Below are positions 53,480 through 62,807 of a stretch of 64,000 nucleotides of DNA, piece after piece. The position numbers were made by a program, and so were the translations under genes. The notes below the pieces were generated by a model that saw only the letters and a program-made list of their open reading frames with translations, ran no database searches and was not told where the DNA came from. The stretch is from Hyalangium minutum (GTDB taxonomy: Bacteria; Myxococcota; Myxococcia; Myxococcales; Myxococcaceae), in contig NZ_JMCB01000001.1 of the NCBI RefSeq assembly GCF_000737315.1, positions 124,001 through 188,000 of the forward strand, written 5' to 3'. Each line of letters begins with the position of its first letter. The stretch's first letter is position 1.

Positions 53480-54187
53480 TCAGGCGTAGATGCTGGGGCC
53501 CGTGCCGTGGCGCCAGAACTGCGGCTTGATATCGGGGATGCCCAGCTCGCGGCGAACATCGTCGATGGGACGCTCCCACATGTCCTCGAACTTCAGATCG
53601 CACATGAACCGGACGGTCTTGCCCAGCTTGAAGCCCAAGTCCCAGCCCGCCTGCAGCTCCTTGGCCCGATCCGGCTTGAGCAGCTTGTAGACGTGGAAGC
53701 CCGCCTTGAACAACGGGACGATCTCGGGCGGCAGGCTGCAGTTCTGCGCCTCGGCGAACGCCGTCACGCTGTACTCACCCGGCATGGTCGTTTCGAAGCC
53801 CAGCAGCAGGTGATACATGTCGTGCATGGCCGTGAAGCGCACGGCGAAGGTGTTGCGCTTGAACACCTCCTGCAGGTAGTGGTCGTCGTCGCTGATCTCG
53901 AAGGGGTTCAGCTTGTTGTCGTCGAGGAACCGCATGTACTCGCGGCCGAGCGTCCCGTCGGGCATCTGGCGCAGCGCACCCCGGTCCACCTTCGGCAGGT
54001 AGCCCCGCACTGCCTCCAGGCGCTTCTGGATCTCCGGGGGGCCGATGTAGTCCATGGCGTCCAGCTTGTAGATCTGGAAGTCACCAAAGCGGCTTGGATC
54101 ATTCGATGTCTGGAGCGCAAGCAAGAGCGACTTCGGCCGAATGGTCCGGCGCGGCAACAATGAACGATTCTCCAAGATCGACAGCAT
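53480..54187 (-). CDS. Coq4-family metalloprotein (copy B)
   Basis: GAGGAG RBS; LRQMPDGTLGREY..FL and HDMYH-x11-E (HDMYHLLLGFETTMPGE); FEDMWERPIDDVRRELGI. Confidence 0.87.
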   Translation of the reverse strand: MLSILENRSLLPRRTIRPKSLLLALQTSNDPSRFGDFQIYKLDAMDYIGPPEIQKRLEAVRGYLPKVDRGALRQMPDGTLGREYMRFLDDNKLNPFEISDDDHYLQEVFKRNTFAVRFTAMHDMYHLLLGFETTMPGEYSVTAFAEAQNCSLPPEIVPLFKAGFHVYKLLKPDRAKELQAGWDLGFKLGKTVRFMCDLKFEDMWERPIDDVRRELGIPDIKPQFWRHGTGPSIYA

Positions 54188-54260
54188 GGCGACTCCTCAC
54201 TTTCACGTGAGCCCAGAGGGCAGCTTCCGCCCTGGGCTACGGACAATACAGAGTGTACAG

Positions 54261-54290
54261 ATTAAACGGGATTTTGCATGACCTTGTCAA
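54261..54290 (-). promoter_or_regulatory. sigma70-type promoter upstream of the coq4-SDR operon
   Basis: Minus strand reads TTGACA (54290-54285), 18-nt spacer, TTTAAT (54266-54261) in an AT-rich intergenic patch ~75 nt upstream of the Coq4 B start. Confidence 0.65.
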
Positions 54291-54333
54291 GAAAACGACG
54301 GGTGAGTGGCCTTTCGGGAAGCGGCAGGAGCCG

Positions 54334-55101
54334 TCAGGTGCCCTGCGCCCCCCCCGAAAGCGCTCGGATCAGCTCATCCGCATAGCGAGGCCCTTCCTGG
54401 AACAGGAAGAAGTGGCCGCCTGGGAAGACTCTAGCGGAGAACACCTGCTGCGTCTCCTCGCGCCAGGCCTCCAGGGCTGGCTCGGGGGTGTCGGGGTCAT
54501 CCTTCCCCCCCCAAGCGGTGAGGGGGCAGCCAAGGGGAGGCTCGGGGGTGTACCGGTAGCGCTCGAACATCGCGAAGTCGTTGCGAAGCACCGGGGTCAG
54601 CATTTCCATCATCTCTCGGTGGGCAAGCACCTCTGGAGGGCTGCCGCCGAGTTTGCGCACCTCCTCGCGGAAGGGCTCGTCGGGCAGCGCACTCAATGGA
54701 CGCGGAATGGGGCGAACCCGAGGGGCGGGAGAACCCGAGACGATCAGGTGCGCGGGCCCTGGAAGCTGGAGCTGCCGTAGCCGCCGCGCCAGTTCGAAGG
54801 CCACCAGCGCTCCGAGGCTGTGCCCGAAGAGCGCCAGCGGGACATCCATCAGCGGGCGCAGCGCGGGGAGCAGCGCGTCGATCAGCGCAGTGGCGGAGTC
54901 AATCCGCTTGTCGCCCCAGCGGCTCCCGCGGCCCGGAGCATCCACCGCGCACAGCTCGACGTGAGGGGGCATCCGGGCAGCCCAGCTGTTGAAGGTAGCG
55001 GCACCGCCCCCCGCGTGGGGGAAACACACCACGCGCAAGGAGGCTCGGGCTTGGGGCCGGCGGAAGGGAAACCACCGCTGTGGCTGGGACGCAGTGCTCA
55101 C
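54334..55101 (-). CDS. type II thioesterase (second copy)
   Basis: GTG at 55101 with AGGAG 8 nt upstream (alternative ATGs at 55131/55170); VVCFPHAGGG, PGRGSR, LFGHSLGALVAFE, PGGHFF. Confidence 0.9.
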   Translation of the reverse strand: MSTASQPQRWFPFRRPQARASLRVVCFPHAGGGAATFNSWAARMPPHVELCAVDAPGRGSRWGDKRIDSATALIDALLPALRPLMDVPLALFGHSLGALVAFELARRLRQLQLPGPAHLIVSGSPAPRVRPIPRPLSALPDEPFREEVRKLGGSPPEVLAHREMMEMLTPVLRNDFAMFERYRYTPEPPLGCPLTAWGGKDDPDTPEPALEAWREETQQVFSARVFPGGHFFLFQEGPRYADELIRALSGGAQGT

Positions 55102-55190
55102 GATGCAGGCTCCTGTTTCAGGCTCCTCCATACCATTGGATTCGTGAGTCTGTAGCGGGCTGTCCGTCATCCTGCGCGGCGCCCTGTGGA

Positions 55191-55514
55191 TCAGCGGGAG
55201 TTCTTCAAGCTCCCCACCGTCAGCCCCGTCATCTGAGGTGCCACGCGGTTGATGCCATCCCCGGAGGAGCGCGCCAGCGTCTGCGCGGGAGCTCCCGCAC
55301 GGGCCGGTGCTGTGCCCTTGCCGCCTGGAGAGCCCCGGAGCAGCTCGCGGACCCGGTTCCAGCGGGCCTTCTCGTCGGCCAGCAGGCGGGCCAGTTCGTC
55401 GCGCGCCGCCGGGTCCTGGAGCCCACTGGCCGCCGCCGCCACCTTGTCGAGGAACGGCATCAGGTAGCCAAAGTCCCTGTCGAACGCGTCCGGATTCGCC
55501 ACATGCACCTCCAC
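55191..55514 (-). CDS. small hypothetical protein (107 aa)
   Basis: Last co-oriented ORF of the 55.2-59.9 kb cassette; GTG start just after an in-frame TAG; amphipathic helical N-half. Confidence 0.5.
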   Translation of the reverse strand: MEVHVANPDAFDRDFGYLMPFLDKVAAAASGLQDPAARDELARLLADEKARWNRVRELLRGSPGGKGTAPARAGAPAQTLARSSGDGINRVAPQMTGLTVGSLKNSR

Positions 55515-55567
55515 CGGGAAAACGGCGCCACCCTACCCCATTGCCGCGCGCGCGCCCAAGCGAAGCC

Positions 55568-57061
55568 TCAGCCGTTGTCATCCAGCTCACCCGGGATGGC
55601 CACCCCCTCCGGGTTGTAGACAGTGTGCGGCCCCACCTCCTTGAGGAGAGCCTTCATCCAGTCGGGGATGGTACCGATGGTCGCGGGAGCCAGGGCCCTG
55701 CGCACATAGGTCCAGTCGGTCCGCCCGTTGTCGAGCGAGCTCACCACCAGCAGGGGCTCTCCCACGGAGACAGGACCGAGGTCTACCAGGCGCTTGGCTC
55801 GCGGGGTTTCCTCCTGCATCAACACCTTCGCCAGGTCTCCCCGAGGGCTGTAGAACACCCACCACGCCACGGTCCGGAAGGTCTTCGCCTCTTGCTCGGG
55901 GGTGCCTGGAGTCTCCGGCGGATTCCAGTCTGGGAGCGAGCGCAGCGCGTACTGACACCGAGCAATGGTGTAGTTGGCCGTCTCTTCGGCGCCCCACATC
56001 CGCAGCAGGCGGCTCATGAAGACGAGGCCCTCGGGCACTTCCAGATCCTTCTCTTCGATGCGCACCTTCTTCTTGGTCTTGGCGGAGAATGGCAGCTTGG
56101 CCACGAAGAGCCGCGCCAGGCCATACGGGCGCGTCTTCTTCATCCGATCGATCCCCGATTGGAGCTGCGCATCGGACCGGGCTGCGGGAGTCCCCAGACC
56201 TCCGTACCGGCCTCCTATTTTCGGATCCGTCTTGGAGCCGGGGATGAAGCTGCGCACCAGCAACGAGCCTTCATTGTCGTAGTTGCCGCTGTAGTCCCAC
56301 TTGGGAGCGCAGGAAGGCGCGGGCCTCGGAGCATCCTGGGCTGCCCCGGTGTCGAAGAGCTGTGCCTGCTTCTTCCCGTCGGTATCCACGCGCAGGATGC
56401 TCACCACGTGGGAGCCCTTCTGCTTGGTGCCGTCCGGATCGCGCCCCACCCAGCTGTAGCAAGAGCCCTGCTGGAGCGGGTGCGAGGCCTTCATGGCATC
56501 CGCGAACCTCAGGGGGCCGCCTTTGTCCCAGTGGCCACCCTCGGACGTGAAGACCTTGAGCCCGTCATTGCCGTCGCAGTCGATGCCGACGCCGTTGACG
56601 TAGGACATGCCATAGCCACGGGACAGCACCGTGTACGACACCAGCATCTGGCACGCGCAGCAGACAGCGACGAAGGGCTGCGCGCCCTCGCTGAAGCTCT
56701 TGTAGATGTCCTGGATGGGAACGGCGTTGCCCGTCTCGACGTCCGGACCGTCATAAGCGGTGCCCAGCAGCAGCTCGCTGATGCCCCGGGCCCACTGCTC
56801 CTCGAGCAGCGGCCGCCCCGACTTGAGGATCTTCAGCTGCATCGGGTGGGCGTCTGGATCGTAGATGTTCCACTGCTTGTTCCACAGGTTCCAGTACTCC
56901 CCCGCACACCACAGCCCATCCAAGGGGAGGTTCATCCGGAAGGCGATCATCTTCAGCACTTCCGCCGCCCCTTGATCACGTGGCTTGGGGATCTTGTCGA
57001 CGTTGATGAGTTCGACGAGGCGGGGGAAGCCCTTGCGCTCGGGGGCTGCGGTGGATGCCAT
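55568..57061 (-). CDS. hypothetical protein; putative papain-like Cys-His-Asp hydrolase (effector candidate)
   Basis: ACQML (Cys at helix start), GSHVVSILRV (His at strand start), QLFDTG (Asp) in papain-fold order; starts 4 nt after the upstream stop. Confidence 0.55.
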   Translation of the reverse strand: MASTAAPERKGFPRLVELINVDKIPKPRDQGAAEVLKMIAFRMNLPLDGLWCAGEYWNLWNKQWNIYDPDAHPMQLKILKSGRPLLEEQWARGISELLLGTAYDGPDVETGNAVPIQDIYKSFSEGAQPFVAVCCACQMLVSYTVLSRGYGMSYVNGVGIDCDGNDGLKVFTSEGGHWDKGGPLRFADAMKASHPLQQGSCYSWVGRDPDGTKQKGSHVVSILRVDTDGKKQAQLFDTGAAQDAPRPAPSCAPKWDYSGNYDNEGSLLVRSFIPGSKTDPKIGGRYGGLGTPAARSDAQLQSGIDRMKKTRPYGLARLFVAKLPFSAKTKKKVRIEEKDLEVPEGLVFMSRLLRMWGAEETANYTIARCQYALRSLPDWNPPETPGTPEQEAKTFRTVAWWVFYSPRGDLAKVLMQEETPRAKRLVDLGPVSVGEPLLVVSSLDNGRTDWTYVRRALAPATIGTIPDWMKALLKEVGPHTVYNPEGVAIPGELDDNG

Positions 57062-57065
57062 GTGC

Positions 57066-58580
57066 CTATGCCTCCTGGGCCTCGAGCCCCTCGCGGTGCA
57101 CGCGATCGACGGCCTGCGCGAACGGCTCGCCCTCCGCTTCGGGATGATCCGCCAGGAAGTGCTGCCGGTTCTCCTCGGGGTCTTTCGAGGTGTAACCCAG
57201 GTTGTGCAGCTGGCGCTCCGTGTCGGGCGTCTCCTGCTCCTCGGTGCCCAGGTAGATCACCCGCGAGTAGAGGTAGCGAGGCTCCTCCGTCCCCGGCGCG
57301 CTGGCCTTGCCCTGGACGTGCTCGGAGGTGGGGTAAGCGCCCCACTCGAGCTCGCAGGCGCCCCCCGCGTAGACGTTCTGCTCGATCAGAAGCCCTTCGG
57401 CCGAGGCCCGGCCCTCGCGCACCTGCGAGCCCACCGTCAGACGGTAGGGCGCTCCAGACTCCCGCTCCACCGGGTCGTCGCTCTCGGGGTTGGCCCCCAT
57501 GCGCCGGCCGTGGTGATCCATGAGGTACAGCGACACCGTCTCCCGCACGCCCTCGCACGGCGAGCCCCGCGCCAGCCGGTCATAGAAGGCACACGCGAAG
57601 GTCCTCCCGCCCGTCAGGTGCTCGCGCTGCGCTCCCCGCGGGTTGCGGCGCGCCTCTCCATCCGGCCAGAACTTCGCCTTGCAGCCCGCGGGGCCCTCGC
57701 TGACGGTGGGACAGGGCCACTGCTCCGGGGTGATGTTCAGCGCGGGGTCGAACATGTAGATGACCACGCGCCGGTTGGGCATGTTCGCCGCGTCGCGCTC
57801 GGCCTTGCGCGCGGGCTTCTGGTATTCGGCGGCGGCCTGCTCCGAGAAGACGCGCACGGGGTTGAACTCGCCGCAGCCCTGGTAGGCACACTTGCCTCCG
57901 GCGCTGGGGCCTCGCGAGAGGAAGTCCTCCGGCACGTACTGGAAGGGGACACCCTGCTCGTCCACGCAGAGCGCGTCCATGTACGCGAGGAAGAGCTTGG
58001 CGCGCGTGCCTCCGTCCGGGAACCCCGTCCCGGGCAGGCCGTTGTCTTGCTGGAAGGCCTTCACGGCCTTCGTCGTGGGATTGTCCAGGTAGCCCGTGGG
58101 CGCCGCCTGCAGGTAACCCAGCTGCGTCAACATCATCTGGATCTGCCGGGTGCCCCACTTGTCCCCTCCGTGCGGGGAGCTGTAGAGCTTCTCCCAGAGC
58201 GCCACGTCACGGGTGAGCAGGCCGTAGACGGAAGTGGCCCGGCGGCCGGCCAGCACTTTGTTGTACTCGTCCTGGCCCGAGGGGTCGGCGTGGCCGAACA
58301 CGCTCAGCAGCAGCGCCTTGCCTGTGTCGTCCGGGCCAGGCGGGCGCTGGCGGGCCAGCAGCTGGAACTCGTGCGTGCCGGCAGGCAACAGGAACGACGA
58401 GTCAAAGTCGAACCGCAGATCATCGATGCGCCAGCACGCCGAGGGGCGGAGCCGGGGCCGGAGCGTGCTGTACGCCTCCTTGTCCGTGGGCGCCACCACG
58501 TAGGGAATGGGGGCCTCGCCGTGCTTGGCGGCGGTGCCCCCATCCGAGATCAGCGCGCCTTCCATCAAGTTCCTGGCCAT
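57066..58580 (-). CDS. OmpA-C-like domain protein with inserted peptidoglycan-binding (PG_binding_1) domain
   Basis: LRFDFDSS, FGHADPSGQDEYNKVLAGRRATSV and distal NRRVVI (OmpA-C); between them IQMMLTQLGY...TTKAVKAFQQDNGLPGTG (PG_binding_1); C-terminal QLHNLGY. Confidence 0.8.
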   Translation of the reverse strand: MARNLMEGALISDGGTAAKHGEAPIPYVVAPTDKEAYSTLRPRLRPSACWRIDDLRFDFDSSFLLPAGTHEFQLLARQRPPGPDDTGKALLLSVFGHADPSGQDEYNKVLAGRRATSVYGLLTRDVALWEKLYSSPHGGDKWGTRQIQMMLTQLGYLQAAPTGYLDNPTTKAVKAFQQDNGLPGTGFPDGGTRAKLFLAYMDALCVDEQGVPFQYVPEDFLSRGPSAGGKCAYQGCGEFNPVRVFSEQAAAEYQKPARKAERDAANMPNRRVVIYMFDPALNITPEQWPCPTVSEGPAGCKAKFWPDGEARRNPRGAQREHLTGGRTFACAFYDRLARGSPCEGVRETVSLYLMDHHGRRMGANPESDDPVERESGAPYRLTVGSQVREGRASAEGLLIEQNVYAGGACELEWGAYPTSEHVQGKASAPGTEEPRYLYSRVIYLGTEEQETPDTERQLHNLGYTSKDPEENRQHFLADHPEAEGEPFAQAVDRVHREGLEAQEA

Positions 58581-58595
58581 GGTGAGTCCTCGCGG

Positions 58596-59231
58596 CTAGG
58601 AGCCGTGCTCCGTGGCGAGCTGCTCCGCGATCCCCGAGTCCAGCGCCCCTGTGACATCCAGGCCGTTCTCGTGCTGGAACAACTCGAGCGCGAAGCGGGT
58701 CCACTCCATCGTGTCCGGGTTCAGGTACCGGGGATCGTCCGCCGGATAGCCGAGGTTGCTGAGCCGCCCCGCCAGCCCCGTGGGCTCCGGCAGCGGATCC
58801 AGGCCGCCAATGGCCAGATCGAACACCAGATCCCCCACCTCCAGCGTGCCGCTCGTCGCGGTCTTGTCCACCGAGGCCTGAACGTAGCCATCCCCGTCCG
58901 TCGTCAGCTCCTCGGAGTAATGCCCCACCTTCAGCACGCACGGTGCATCGGGGATGGGCTCGCCGCGCAGGTCCAGCACCCGCAGGCGCAGCTGGAGCTT
59001 TCCGGTGTGCACGGTGAGCTTGTGCTTCTTCCCGGTTGCCAGCGTGAAGCGCGCGGGCGGGAGCTCGGGGATCCACACCTCGTCATCGGGCAGCAGCATC
59101 AGCGGGCTCGCGCGGCTCTGCCGGAGCTGCGCGTTCTGGGAGTCGTTCCAGATCGTCTCGAAGTTCTCGAAGCCATACGCCGAGGCGATGCTCGCCAGAT
59201 GCTCGCCCTGTTTGACCTTATGGATGGGCAT
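58596..59231 (-). CDS. LysM + transthyretin-like beta-sandwich + PG_binding_1 protein
   Basis: HKVKQGEHLASIASAYG...LLPDDEVWIP (LysM); LRVLDLRGEPIPDAPC....TTDGDG; RLSNLGY...LFQHENGLDVTG.LD. Confidence 0.8.
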   Translation of the reverse strand: MPIHKVKQGEHLASIASAYGFENFETIWNDSQNAQLRQSRASPLMLLPDDEVWIPELPPARFTLATGKKHKLTVHTGKLQLRLRVLDLRGEPIPDAPCVLKVGHYSEELTTDGDGYVQASVDKTATSGTLEVGDLVFDLAIGGLDPLPEPTGLAGRLSNLGYPADDPRYLNPDTMEWTRFALELFQHENGLDVTGALDSGIAEQLATEHGS

Positions 59232-59261
59232 GGCGCTCCCTCGGGCCCGGGCCGTGCGATG

Positions 59262-59921
59262 TCATGCCGTCGCGCCTTCCTGAGTGACTGGCCCCTCCGC
59301 CATGGCAGGGAGGCTGCCGGGGAGCGAGGGCTGGTATTTGAAGTCTGCGTCGTAAAGGTCCGGGAACTCGACGTCACACGGCCCCGGGGCGAGCGGCTCG
59401 ATCCGCGCGAACCCGGCGGAGTTCGTCATCCCCTCGCGCACCACGTTGCCCTTCTGGAGAATCCGGAAGCTCCGGTTCGCCACGGGCTCGCCGTCCTGGT
59501 TGACCAACTCCAGCTCGATCCAGGCGCCCTTGTCCGCGGGCTTCTCTTTCTCTGGGGGAGGCTCCCACTTGGGGGCGGGCTCCGGAGCCTCCAGTGTCGA
59601 CAGCCCCTGAATGTGAGGACGCGCCTCCAGCACCAGCCGCCCGGCGAGCAGCGCCGCCTCCAGATCCTGGCCAAGCGCCTGAGCCTCCAAGGGCCCCACG
59701 CGCCGGGAAGTCCCCCGAAAGGCCGGGCCCCTCAGCTCCGCATGGAGCGCGAAGGCCGCTTCCACCGCCCGGGGCGACAGGCTCTCGAGCTCCGCCCGGG
59801 CGAAGGCCCATACCTGCCACGCGCGCTCCTGCTCCTCAGGAGACAGGGACTGCCGCTCCCCCTGCGCTCGGAGACGGAACTCCCCAAGAGGCGTTCTGAG
59901 CACCCAGGACGAGCTAAACAT
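59262..59921 (-). CDS. hypothetical protein with C-terminal transthyretin-like domain of the type seen on VgrG/PAAR extensions
   Basis: WIELELVNQDGEPVANRSFRI.....VREGMTNSAGFARI..LAPGPCDVEFP motif; start uncertain (ATG 59921 or GTG 59945). Confidence 0.6.
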   Translation of the reverse strand: MFSSSWVLRTPLGEFRLRAQGERQSLSPEEQERAWQVWAFARAELESLSPRAVEAAFALHAELRGPAFRGTSRRVGPLEAQALGQDLEAALLAGRLVLEARPHIQGLSTLEAPEPAPKWEPPPEKEKPADKGAWIELELVNQDGEPVANRSFRILQKGNVVREGMTNSAGFARIEPLAPGPCDVEFPDLYDADFKYQPSLPGSLPAMAEGPVTQEGATA

Positions 59922-59996
59922 GCAGGGGAACGCTAGCCCGCCCACTCACGCTGGGACAACCCATCCGCCCTCCCCCACGCTCCCCGTCCTGCCCAC

Positions 59997-60359
59997 CTAC
60001 CCGTGGTAGACGCGCGAGGCGACGATCTTCCCGCCCTTCACCTCCAGCACCTCGGCCACCGGCATGTCCGGGTCGCCGGGCGCGTGGCGCAGGTACTCCA
60101 TGAAGACGCGCTCCCCGTCAGCCGTCAGGGCCGTCTCCTCGTACTTCAGGCCCGGCAGCCGGGCGATCGCCTCCCGCCACCACTTCGCCAGCGCCTGCTT
60201 GCCCACCAGCTTGCCGCCCGTCTCCGGGTGCAACACCCGGATCTTCGGAGAGGTATGGGTGCAGTCCTCGGCGTAGAGCGCCACCAGCGCCTCCACGTCA
60301 TGGGCGTTGAAGGCCTTCAGCCACGCCCGGGCCAAGGAGAAGTTTTCGCTCGCGCTCAT
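59997..60359 (-). CDS. SnoaL-like / NTF2-family protein
   Basis: ATG at 60359; AWLKAFNAHDVEALVALYAED...G...L..WW...........EVLEVKGGKIV; the track's 765-aa version is an antisense shadow of fusA. Confidence 0.85.
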   Translation of the reverse strand: MSASENFSLARAWLKAFNAHDVEALVALYAEDCTHTSPKIRVLHPETGGKLVGKQALAKWWREAIARLPGLKYEETALTADGERVFMEYLRHAPGDPDMPVAEVLEVKGGKIVASRVYHG

Positions 60360-60572
60360 GGTTCTATCCCTCGGAAAAAGCCTGGCCGGTCCCTGCGCTG
60401 CGCCGGAAAGGCCTCCCCTATATAAGGTGTACGGCTTGATCGGTAGGCGGGGGTGGGTGCACGTAAGCCCCCACCAGCATGCGGATTTGGCTGGAAAGTT
60501 CAACCTGTGGGAAGTAGAGGCCCCGCCTGCCCTGTTCCCCCAGGCATTTTTCAAGAGAAGAAGGACCGGATC

Positions 60573-62687
<2,115 letters not shown>

Positions 62688-62719
62688 TCCGCGGTCCGCC
62701 GCACAACACTTGAAGTCCA

Positions 62720-62759
62720 GGGAGGGCGCCTCTCGGGTGGAGGCGCCCTCTCCCTTTTT
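62720..62759 (+). terminator. rho-independent terminator after fusA
   Basis: 11-bp stem gagggcgcctc (62722-62732) / gaggcgccctc (62740-62750) followed by ttttt (62755-62759). Confidence 0.85.
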
Positions 62760-62807
62760 CAGGCCTCGCTACGAAGCGAGCGCCAGGCACCCGACCTACG
62801 GGAAATC

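Noticed and set aside
41434-54187. Interpretation as a genuine ubiquinone biosynthesis operon
   Set aside because: No ubiA, ubiC, ubiD/X, ubiE, ubiG or flavin hydroxylase genes are present in the window, myxobacteria are menaquinone users, and the genes are interleaved with NRPS and TEII genes.
56985-59936. 983-aa plus-strand ORF
   Set aside because: Antisense to four well-supported minus-strand genes; no recognisable domains.
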